IMG/VR virus record: IMGVR_UViG_3300037458_001109
Location: 1 to 45,841 of that record
From: a virus
Lineage: Duplodnaviria; Caudoviricetes
Reading direction: 5' to 3' (one strand)
DNA: 45,841 nt
How positions within the stretch are numbered: position 1 is the first letter of the stretch; each line of letters opens with the position of its first letter. Below, one piece after another: positions 16,673 to 24,800 of the stretch. The position numbers and the translations under genes were made by a program. The notes beneath the pieces are model-generated. The model was not told the origin of the DNA. It saw nothing but the letters and a program-made list of their open reading frames with translations, and ran no database searches.

Positions 16673-16867
16673 ATGCGGAAGGCAGTAGTACTGGCAGCGG
16701 TAACGTTGATCGCCGCCTGCTCTGCTCACAGTGTCCCTCGCCTTGTGTACGTTGAGGTTCTTCCAACTTCCGTGCCCTACTACATGACGCTGGAAGGTGC
16801 CGGCTGTGTGCCGCCGGTGTGCGTGGGAGAGGGCTGTTTTCTCAAACCACTGTTCTTCAACATCTAA
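16673..16867 (+). CDS. putative lipoprotein (64 aa)
   Basis: AGGAGG RBS; MRK + hydrophobic stretch + lipobox-like IAAC. Confidence 0.55.
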   Translation: MRKAVVLAAVTLIAACSAHSVPRLVYVEVLPTSVPYYMTLEGAGCVPPVCVGEGCFLKPLFFNI

Positions 16868-16877
16868 GGAGCAGGCG

Positions 16878-17207
16878 ATGAAAGGCATTGCGGTAGTCGA
16901 CTTCAAGCACGGCAAGATGGCATTCGCCAAGAGCCAGATCTACGAGGTCCCGGACATCTACATGGGCTTCTTCGCCGGTGTGGGCTGGATGGCGCCCTAC
17001 GGTGGCTCCGAGGCAGGCACGGCAGTGACGATGGAGATGCTCGGTGTCGACGCGCCGAAGGAGGCCGTGGTCGTGCCCGAAGGCGGCACCCTCCAGATCA
17101 ACGACGCTGTCATTCCCGCCGAGAACTTCCACGCCGGGGTCGAAGCCGCCGCAGGCGGTGACATTCTCAAGGCAGTGGCCGATGCCGCTGCGCAACCGAA
17201 GGAGTAA
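16878..17207 (+). CDS. hypothetical protein, probably virion-associated
   Basis: AAGGAG RBS; strongly biased codons like the capsid gene. Confidence 0.7.
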   Translation: MKGIAVVDFKHGKMAFAKSQIYEVPDIYMGFFAGVGWMAPYGGSEAGTAVTMEMLGVDAPKEAVVVPEGGTLQINDAVIPAENFHAGVEAAAGGDILKAVADAAAQPKE

Positions 17208-17213
17208 GCAGAC

Positions 17214-17594
17214 ATGGCCAAGCGGATGGGTAGCGTCGTCTACGATGCGGCGCTGAACTACATCAAGAACAACTGCAACAAGATGACGGCCTGCTCGGCC
17301 GAGCCGACGACCTACGCGGAAGGCAACGCAACCTACGCGCTGGCCGACGCGGCGATGAGCAGCACCGATTTCACGGTGGCGGCGGGCGACGGCGGAGGCA
17401 GCTCTCGCAAGAACACGGTCGCGGCGAAGAACACCATCACGGTCGATGCCAACGGCACGGCCACGCACGTCGCCCTGCTGAACACCACCGGTTCGGAACT
17501 CCTGGCAGTCACCACGTGTACGTCCCAGGTGCTGACCGCCGGCAACACCGTGAACTTCCCTTCGTGGAAGATCGAAATCGCTTCCCCCACCTGA
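17214..17594 (+). CDS. small beta-rich virion fibre subunit
   Basis: AAGGAG RBS; T/A/G-rich; GTATHVAL...LTAGNTVNFPSW pattern of small phage fibre proteins; capsid-like codon bias. Confidence 0.65.
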   Translation: MAKRMGSVVYDAALNYIKNNCNKMTACSAEPTTYAEGNATYALADAAMSSTDFTVAAGDGGGSSRKNTVAAKNTITVDANGTATHVALLNTTGSELLAVTTCTSQVLTAGNTVNFPSWKIEIASPT

Positions 17595-17609
17595 TAGGAG
17601 ACAACTGCA

Positions 17610-18014
17610 ATGCGATCCTACCTCACCGCCACGCTGCTGGCTCTGGCAGCGCTCATGCTCGGCTTCGCTGCGCCTTCCATCGCGCAGACGCTCCCGAAGA
17701 TCGTCTCGGACGCCTACAAGGTGGACGGTGCGGAGCCGGATGCATGTTCCTGCGGGGCACCGAATGCTCCGGCGCTGACGTGCTCGCTGCCGTCCGTGAC
17801 CGGCGGCGTGCGGCCGACGTGCGACGTCAGTCCGATCATCGTGTCGGGAACGTACAACGTCACGATCACCGTCACGCGAAAGGAAAAGATCACGAACACT
17901 GCCGGGGGCGGGCAGCTCGTGCCGGCGAGCGAGGCGACCTCCGGCCCTTTCGCCTATACGCTGGTCGACGTTGCTTTGCCGCCCCCAACCGGCGCGAGGC
18001 TGACGACACAATAA
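17610..18014 (+). CDS. secreted protein with signal peptide and four Cys
   Basis: MRSYLTATLLALAALMLGFAAPSIA|Q Sec-type signal; AGGAG RBS. Confidence 0.65.
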   Translation: MRSYLTATLLALAALMLGFAAPSIAQTLPKIVSDAYKVDGAEPDACSCGAPNAPALTCSLPSVTGGVRPTCDVSPIIVSGTYNVTITVTRKEKITNTAGGGQLVPASEATSGPFAYTLVDVALPPPTGARLTTQ

Positions 18015-18039
18015 TCTGCGTGCTGACCTACTCGTTCTG

Positions 18040-18246
18040 ATGGGACGCCGCGGTGCTGATCCATACGGAGTGCCTAAGAAGGGCACTTGCGATTGGCACC
18101 GCGGCGCTCCTTACGTGCAGTTCACCAAAGACGTCTTAGAAAGACCGGGTGTCATCATGTCCCTCACCATGTGCCACAGTTGCAAGCGTCTCGTCCGCAC
18201 CAACGAGAAAAGCCACTGCCCCGTAACCAATACCAAGTCGCGCTGA
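18040..18246 (+). CDS. small Cys/His-rich protein
   Basis: CDWH, CHSC, HC; fills the gap between genes; weak RBS. Confidence 0.45.
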   Translation: MGRRGADPYGVPKKGTCDWHRGAPYVQFTKDVLERPGVIMSLTMCHSCKRLVRTNEKSHCPVTNTKSR

Positions 18247-18247
18247 C

Positions 18248-18637
18248 ATGCCCAAAACACTCACGCTCGGTGTGACGCCTGTTGCTGTAGGTCAGCAGCA
18301 GTTCGAAATCGACCAGCTGCCAAATAACAGCGACGGCGTGATCATCACCTTCGGTGTCTCGCAGTCGTGGATCGACGCCGAAGGGCCGCTGTTCAGCCTC
18401 GACCTTCTGATCGCGCTCGACGGCGTGAACTACCAGCAATGGATTCGCGTGGACTACGTTGGCGGTCAGCCGGTGGATCGTAGCGGACCGATTTCTGCGG
18501 TCAGGGTGGTCGGGAAGTGGCCCGGCGAGAATGACGGCGCAGGCGGAAGGCGCAAGCTGCGCGCGGCAAGCCTGCGGGCGGTGCTGACCGTGCATCAGGC
18601 GTTCTCGTTCCAAAGCGTAGACGCTAGGACGTTCTAG
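18248..18637 (+). CDS. hypothetical beta-sandwich protein
   Basis: 129 aa; ALDGVNY-type turn; operon packing. Confidence 0.6.
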   Translation: MPKTLTLGVTPVAVGQQQFEIDQLPNNSDGVIITFGVSQSWIDAEGPLFSLDLLIALDGVNYQQWIRVDYVGGQPVDRSGPISAVRVVGKWPGENDGAGGRRKLRAASLRAVLTVHQAFSFQSVDARTF

Positions 18638-18639
18638 CG

Positions 18640-20130
18640 ATGGCAATCGCCTATCGCTCCGATACTGGCGAAGGGAATGCGAACGGCGCGACGAACGTCG
18701 TGCTCTCGTTCGTCTCGACGCAGCCGCAAGCCGGCGATCTGATCGTCGGCGGTGGCTCGTGGTGGGAGAACAACGTCTCGTACTCGGTGTCTGTCACCGA
18801 CAATCAAGGCAACAGCTATTCGATTGACCAGCAGCGTGGCACTTCCGACCACACCGGAACCTACGATGCGAGCGAAGGGGTTGCCTACGTTGCCAGCGCC
18901 GAGAACATTACCGCTAGCGGCACGGTCACGGTCACCTTCGACTCGCCGGCCGGCAGTTGCACGGGCTGCGTTGGCGCGGTGGCTTTCAGCGGAGCGAACA
19001 AAGGAGCGGCCTACAAGGACGTAGGAACCCACGCCTATACCGCTAGCGACACCGCATCCGTCACGATTGGCCCGACCGGCACGACAAGCGTCGCCAATGC
19101 GGTCGTCGCGACCGCTTTCACTTCTGGCGCGTCCGCCTCTTACACCGGCATTGCGCCGGACGGCACCTTTACTGCGCTCGCCACCGAACCGGACGGCAAC
19201 ACGCAGATGCCCGGCGGCTTCGGCTACAAGATCATCACTTCGACCGGCACGCAGTCCGCAACGTGGTCGTGGACCGGGAGTCTCAACACTTCGCACGTCG
19301 GCGTGATTCAGGCATACGCCGCCGCGACCATTTCGAGGACCGACGCACAGCACTCCATCGACGCAAGCAACCCGTTCGGAATCACGCCCGCCGAAAACGC
19401 CCTGATGGTCATGATTCAGGCGGATCGCAGCGGCGCCTCGCACACCACGCATGGCGTAAGTGACTCGGGCGGCGGCTGGACGAAGGCTTTTGGCGTTGAT
19501 GTCGAGATAGGCGATACCTCGCACCGACGATCCTTCTCGGCTTGGTACAAGAAGGCGGGCGCAAGTCAGGACACGTCGGTTGGCTCTTCGACTGCGGTGG
19601 CCGCTCAGTACCTAGAGTTCGAAACGACCACGCCTAGCCCCACGTGGCCGCTGCTCGGCTCGGCCAACAACAACAACGGCGTCACCGAGAATGCCACCAG
19701 CATCGCGACCGGCACGGCCGCAAGCACGTCTGGAAATCAGCTAGTCATCCCGTTTTTCGGGTGCAGGAACATCGACAGCATCGCCTACACCACGGCCTTT
19801 ACGTCGCGCAACATCGGCAACGTCTTTGAAGGCACGGAGGTGGACTTCAACTTCTACACCGCTTCCGGATGGGAGCAGACTGCCGATTCCGGCACCAAGG
19901 CGGCGACCGCCACGATCACCGGCACGACAGGCAACACCGGCCTGATCGCGGGCATTCTCGTGTTCGGGGAAACTGGCGGCGCGGTCGCCTACGCGCAGCA
20001 CTCGTTCCGTGTCCGCAACGACGACGGCAGCGAGAGCGCGGCCTCGTGGAAAGCGGCACTCAACACCGACGATAGCGTCGCGCCCGGCAACAGATTTCGC
20101 CTGCGGTTCCTGATCGACAGGACAAACTGA
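18640..20130 (+). CDS. fibre/adhesin-like protein (two T/S/G-rich beta domains + C-terminal domain fragment)
   Basis: AGDLIV...SVTDNQGNSY and GVSDSGGGWT domains; ends FRVRNDDGSE...FRLRFLI. Confidence 0.7.
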   Translation: MAIAYRSDTGEGNANGATNVVLSFVSTQPQAGDLIVGGGSWWENNVSYSVSVTDNQGNSYSIDQQRGTSDHTGTYDASEGVAYVASAENITASGTVTVTFDSPAGSCTGCVGAVAFSGANKGAAYKDVGTHAYTASDTASVTIGPTGTTSVANAVVATAFTSGASASYTGIAPDGTFTALATEPDGNTQMPGGFGYKIITSTGTQSATWSWTGSLNTSHVGVIQAYAAATISRTDAQHSIDASNPFGITPAENALMVMIQADRSGASHTTHGVSDSGGGWTKAFGVDVEIGDTSHRRSFSAWYKKAGASQDTSVGSSTAVAAQYLEFETTTPSPTWPLLGSANNNNGVTENATSIATGTAASTSGNQLVIPFFGCRNIDSIAYTTAFTSRNIGNVFEGTEVDFNFYTASGWEQTADSGTKAATATITGTTGNTGLIAGILVFGETGGAVAYAQHSFRVRNDDGSESAASWKAALNTDDSVAPGNRFRLRFLIDRTN

Positions 20131-22700
20131 TGGCCTATCGCCTCGAGTACAACAAGAACAGCGGCGGATGGAACGCCGTCCCGCTGTCGAATGGCTTCAA
20201 CGTCGCGCCGTCTGTCACATGGGGCGCGGTCGGCACCGGCTCTAGCGGCACGACCTCCTGCACGCCGTCCTATCCGACCGGCATCAGCGCCGCGACCTCG
20301 CGGCTCTACTGCGTGGTCACGGGCCGCGGCAACACCGCGAACACGGTGCCGACCATGCCGGCGGGCTGGACGCGCATCGGCGGCTTGGAGGGCGGCACCG
20401 GCACGTGGGGCGTGGACACCGGCACGCGGCGCGTCGATATCTTCAAGAAGGACACCGTAGCCGGGAACGAAACCGGCACGGTCACCGTCAGCCTTTCGGG
20501 CACGACGGCGAACACGCTGCGCGCGACCATCCACCGCGTCGAGATTCCTGCGGGGCACTCGATCGTGGAGGAACTCGGCACGGGCGCGGACACGACGAAC
20601 GCGACCAGCTACTCGGCCACGTCGAGCACAAACATCGACTTCCTGGCGAACGATCTGCTGTTGATCGCGGTCGCGCAGAACATCGACACGGGCACGCAGT
20701 CGGCGCAGTCGATCACGGCGTCGAACGTGACCTTCGGCACGCGCACGAACCGGGCGAGCACGGCGGTCACGAACGGCAACGACCACCGGCATATCGTGGA
20801 CTCGGTGCCGATCAGCAGCGTCAGCGGCACGCCGGATGTGGCGCCGACCTACGCCTACACGATCAGCGCCAGCGGCAGCGGCCCCACCGCTTTCCTGCGG
20901 CTGCGGAGTGTGGCGCCGAGCGAGCCGGAAATCTACGTCGCGCCATCCACGTACATCACGGCTGGCGGCGAGAACACCACGGCGCAACTGACCGCGCCTT
21001 CCGGCAAGAGCAGTTCGACGGACTTCGACGCCGGCCGGATTTGGGACGACGAGAACGACTCGGATACGGTCACGATCACGACCGACGACTACACCGAGTT
21101 GGAGTGGTGCTTGAAGTTCAGCAGCACCGCATCGGGCACTTTCCAGTTCCGCGTGACCGATGGCGGCGCGGCGCTCACGACCTACACGCAGACGCCGACG
21201 ATCACAGCCGCTGCAGGTGTGACGTTGGCGATTGCAAACATGGCGGTGGCGGCGTCTCTCGACGCGTTGACACTTACGCAAGCGCATACGCTCGCTGGCG
21301 TAGGCGACATGGCCGTAGCCGTGTCCGAAGACAACCTAGTGCTGGTGCAACAGCATCAGCTGGCTGGCGTAGGTGACATCGCTGTTGCTGTGTCTGAAGA
21401 GACGCTGACGCTGGAGGTAGTGACGCAGCTGGCGCTGGCCGACGTAGCAGTCGCAGTGTCCGAGGACAACCTCACGCTCACGCAACAGCACACTCTCACG
21501 CTTGCCGGCATGAGCGCGGCTGTTGCTGAGGACAGCCTTGCTCTCGTTCAGCAACACCAACTGGCAGGGGTAGGCAACCTAGACACTGCTGTCTCCGAGG
21601 ACAACCTCACGCTCACGCAACAGCACACCCTCACGTTGGAGAACGTAGCGGTAGCGGTTGCCGAAGACAATGTGGTGCTCTCTACCGAAGCTGCCCTAAG
21701 CATTGCGAGCATGGCTTCAGCGGTAGCGGAGGATGGCGTCACGCTAACGCAGGTTCACTTTCTGGCGACCGACAACGTAGCAGTCGCAGTGTCAGAAGAC
21801 AACGTAGCCATCAACACTGAGGCAACGCTGGCCACTGCTGACATGGCCGTAGCAGTCGCAGAGGACAACCTGCTCCTCGTGCAGCAGCATTCCTTGTCCT
21901 TGCAGCCGATCGCTGTCGCAGTGACAGAAGACGCCCTTACGCTCGTCCAGCTTCACGTGCTAACCACTGCTGACATAGCTGTGGCCGTGTCCGAAGAGAA
22001 CCTCACGCTTTCTACGGAAGCGTACTTGTCTCCGGCAGACATGAGCGTTGCAGTAGCAGCGGACAACGTAACGCTGACCCAGCAGCATGTTCTCGCAGGG
22101 GTAGGGAATCTCGACGTCGCAGTTGCTGAAGAAGGCTTGGTGCTGGTGCAGCAACATCAGCTGACCACGGCAGGCATGTCGGTAGCGGTCGCAGAGGACA
22201 ACCTAACGCTGACCGCGTTTGTCTACTTGAACATGGCCGACATTGGCGTGCCTGTGCAGGCAGGCAACATCGACTTGGTGCAACAGCACAGTCTCACCGG
22301 CGTAGGCAACTTCGCAGTAGGGGCGACGTTCGAAAGTCTCACACTGGCAGTAGAAGCCACGTTGGTAACGGCCGACATAGCCGTGACTGTGTCCGAACAG
22401 AACTTAGTGCTGGTGCAGGTCCACGATCTCGAGCTCGGCAGTGTGGACGTGGTAGTGGGTGTGGATGCGGTGGTGCTGACGCAAGTCCACAACCTCACGC
22501 CGGCAGATGTGCTGATCGGTGTCGAAGCTGGCCACGTCGTCTTGTATCTAGGCCCTCCAATCCGAGACGTGCATACTGCGACCATCGTTCTGCCGCTGCG
22601 CCTTACCGGCGTGGTGGAGATGCGCACGTTGCAGGCAGGAGCGGTAGTGGTGAACGTGACACAGACTTCCGATCCAATTGTTCTTGTGAGGAACGAATGA
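20130..22700 (+). CDS. long fibre protein: N-terminal beta domains + 20 tandem 22-23-aa repeats
   Basis: Repeat consensus xLxxADxAVAVSEDNLxLxQQH; TGATG coupling to the upstream gene. Confidence 0.75.
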   Translation: MAYRLEYNKNSGGWNAVPLSNGFNVAPSVTWGAVGTGSSGTTSCTPSYPTGISAATSRLYCVVTGRGNTANTVPTMPAGWTRIGGLEGGTGTWGVDTGTRRVDIFKKDTVAGNETGTVTVSLSGTTANTLRATIHRVEIPAGHSIVEELGTGADTTNATSYSATSSTNIDFLANDLLLIAVAQNIDTGTQSAQSITASNVTFGTRTNRASTAVTNGNDHRHIVDSVPISSVSGTPDVAPTYAYTISASGSGPTAFLRLRSVAPSEPEIYVAPSTYITAGGENTTAQLTAPSGKSSSTDFDAGRIWDDENDSDTVTITTDDYTELEWCLKFSSTASGTFQFRVTDGGAALTTYTQTPTITAAAGVTLAIANMAVAASLDALTLTQAHTLAGVGDMAVAVSEDNLVLVQQHQLAGVGDIAVAVSEETLTLEVVTQLALADVAVAVSEDNLTLTQQHTLTLAGMSAAVAEDSLALVQQHQLAGVGNLDTAVSEDNLTLTQQHTLTLENVAVAVAEDNVVLSTEAALSIASMASAVAEDGVTLTQVHFLATDNVAVAVSEDNVAINTEATLATADMAVAVAEDNLLLVQQHSLSLQPIAVAVTEDALTLVQLHVLTTADIAVAVSEENLTLSTEAYLSPADMSVAVAADNVTLTQQHVLAGVGNLDVAVAEEGLVLVQQHQLTTAGMSVAVAEDNLTLTAFVYLNMADIGVPVQAGNIDLVQQHSLTGVGNFAVGATFESLTLAVEATLVTADIAVTVSEQNLVLVQVHDLELGSVDVVVGVDAVVLTQVHNLTPADVLIGVEAGHVVLYLGPPIRDVHTATIVLPLRLTGVVEMRTLQAGAVVVNVTQTSDPIVLVRNE
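21218..22553 (+). repeat. coding repeat array, 20 x 66-69 nt
   Basis: Counted from the translation; e.g. GAGGACAACCTCACGCTCACGCAACAGCACAC occurs twice exactly. Confidence 0.85.
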
Positions 22701-23017
22701 GCGAGCAGATCAATGAGTTCGTGACGGGCGACACCGGTCGCGTAATCCAGCGGACGATTACCGACGAGGACAGCGTCCCCATCGACCTGTCCAGCGCGCA
22801 GTCGGTGAAGATTCGCTGGAAGCAGGGCACCGCCGCAGTGGTGGAGAAGGCGATGACTGTTGTGAATGGCCCCGCTGGCGTGGCCGAGTACGAACAGCAG
22901 GCGACCGACTTCGTGCCCGGAAAGATCTCGTTCGAGTTCGAGGTCATCACTGCCGCAGGAAAGAAGATCACCAGCCCCGATTTGGACGGTCCCTACGACG
23001 TCCGTCGGAAACTCTAG
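22697..23017 (+). CDS. BppU-N-like adaptor / fibre anchor
   Basis: GDT...I..TITD....PIDLS...GVAEY...FEV...GKKITSP pattern. Confidence 0.6.
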   Translation: MSEQINEFVTGDTGRVIQRTITDEDSVPIDLSSAQSVKIRWKQGTAAVVEKAMTVVNGPAGVAEYEQQATDFVPGKISFEFEVITAAGKKITSPDLDGPYDVRRKL

Positions 23018-23027
23018 GGACTGAGAC

Positions 23028-24800
23028 ATGGCACGCGAGAAGCAAGGGACCAACGTTCCGAAGGCAACCATCGACCGGGTGACCGGCGCGATGTCTTACA
23101 ACAAAGACGTCACGTACACCTACGGGGAGTGGATGGGGCCTCTGCGGCCACTCACGCCGATCGCTCCCGAAGCCGAAGGGCGGCAGTTCGATTACCCGGT
23201 CGGCTACAACCTCAATACCAAACCTCGCTACGGCGAGGAGGTGACGTTCGAAATGCTGCGGGCTCTGGCCGATGGCTATGACCTGCTCCGCCTTGTCATC
23301 GAGACGAGGAAGGATCAGATCGAGAGCTACAAGTGGCAGATCGTTCCGAAGGAAAAGGCCGCCAACGCGGTGAAGAAGAAGGCGCAGCAGGACAAGCGCA
23401 AGAAGCTCCTCCTGCAGCAACAGCAGCAACAGGCCACAGCCGTTACTCCGTCCCCTGGTCAGCCTTCGGCCCCCGACAAGCCGTTCCCCCCTTCGGCGAA
23501 CTCGGCGGCATCGGAAAAAGAGGACCAGGCGTCGAAGCTAGCCGCTGCGCCGCTCGAAGAGGGCACGCCCTCTGCGAACCCTGCTGCGCCTTCACCTGTC
23601 GTTCCGCCCCCTGGCGCAAAGCCGCAGGGACTGGAAGAGCCCGAGACCGACCCCCTCGAGGATGCCTTCGGTGCGTCGATCGAAGCAGTAGAGGAGTTCT
23701 TCGACAGCCCCGACAAGGAGCACAACTGGTCTCAGTGGCTGCGCATGATCCTCGAAGACCTGTTCGTCCTCGACGCTGTGGTCATGTACCCGCGCGCGAC
23801 CAAAGGTGGCGACCTATACTGCGTGGAGCTGGTCGACCCTTCCACGGTGAAGCGGGTGCTAGACGAGACCGGCCGCACGCCGCTGCCGCCGGAGACTGCA
23901 TACCAGCAGATTCTCAAAGGGCTGCCTGCCGTCGACTACACTCGCGACGAGCTGCTGTACTGGATGCGAAACCCTCGCACCAATCGGGTGTATGGCTACG
24001 GTCCCGTGGAGCAGGTCATCATGACAGTGAACATTGCGCTTCGCCGTCAGATCCATCAGCTCCAGTTCTACACGGAAGGCAACGTGCCGGAAGCCCTCGC
24101 GCACGTACCGGAGAACTGGACTGCGGATCAGATCAAACAGTTCCAGCTTTGGTGGGACCAGTTGATGGAGGGCAACACGGCCGCACGCCGGCACATGAAG
24201 TTCATCCCCGGCATGGACGTCACCTTCACCAAGCAGGAGGCGTTGAAGGACATGTTCGACGAGTGGCTGGCGCGCATCGTGTGCTTTGCGTTCAGCATTT
24301 CGCCGACGCAGCTGGTAAAGGAGACCAACAGGGCAACAGCGGAGTCGGTGGCCGACACTGCAAAGAAGGAAGGCCTGATGCCGCTGCTCCGCTGGGTCAA
24401 GGGAGTGATGGACGCGATCATCAGCCGCGTGCTGGGGTACAAGGATCTCGAGTTCGTGTGGGACATGGACGAAGAGATCGAACCCAAGTCGAAGGCCGAG
24501 ATCCACAAGATCTACCTCGACGCAGGCATCCTCGACGAGAACGAGGTGCGCGAGGACATTGGCAAGGACCCGTGGAGCGACGAGGAGATCGCCGCGCGGC
24601 AGCAGAAGAAGATGCAGGCCGCACAGCAAGCAATGGCGGCCTCGCCCTTCGGGGCCCCGAAACCCCCAGGCGCTGCGGGGGGAAGCGACGACAGTCAGAA
24701 GAAGCCCTCGCAGCGGTTCGGCCAGCCCCCAGCTACTAGCACCCCAACCCCGTCCCCGAAACGCGAGGAAGACCCCCAAGCGCAAGGGAGCGGAGCATGA
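23028..24800 (+). CDS. portal protein
   Basis: LFVLDA, VDPSTVK, RNPR..RVYGYGPVEQ, FYTEGNVP, CFAFSISP, NRATAE, NEVRE..G.DP motifs. Confidence 0.92.
   Translation: MAREKQGTNVPKATIDRVTGAMSYNKDVTYTYGEWMGPLRPLTPIAPEAEGRQFDYPVGYNLNTKPRYGEEVTFEMLRALADGYDLLRLVIETRKDQIESYKWQIVPKEKAANAVKKKAQQDKRKKLLLQQQQQQATAVTPSPGQPSAPDKPFPPSANSAASEKEDQASKLAAAPLEEGTPSANPAAPSPVVPPPGAKPQGLEEPETDPLEDAFGASIEAVEEFFDSPDKEHNWSQWLRMILEDLFVLDAVVMYPRATKGGDLYCVELVDPSTVKRVLDETGRTPLPPETAYQQILKGLPAVDYTRDELLYWMRNPRTNRVYGYGPVEQVIMTVNIALRRQIHQLQFYTEGNVPEALAHVPENWTADQIKQFQLWWDQLMEGNTAARRHMKFIPGMDVTFTKQEALKDMFDEWLARIVCFAFSISPTQLVKETNRATAESVADTAKKEGLMPLLRWVKGVMDAIISRVLGYKDLEFVWDMDEEIEPKSKAEIHKIYLDAGILDENEVREDIGKDPWSDEEIAARQQKKMQAAQQAMAASPFGAPKPPGAAGGSDDSQKKPSQRFGQPPATSTPTPSPKREEDPQAQGSGA

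Noticed and set aside
20115-20135. Programmed -1 frameshift fusing ORFs 18640 and 20130
   Set aside because: No X XXY YYZ heptamer; AGGA RBS plus TGATG indicates coupled re-initiation (not fully excluded)
21218-22553. Periodic repeats as a CRISPR array or DGR template
   Set aside because: Repeats are in-frame and degenerate at third positions, with no unique spacers and no cas or reverse transcriptase gene in the window
23360-23670. Intein in portal (also considered for helicase and terminase)
   Set aside because: No C/S start, HN end or LAGLIDADG motifs; the insert is low-complexity
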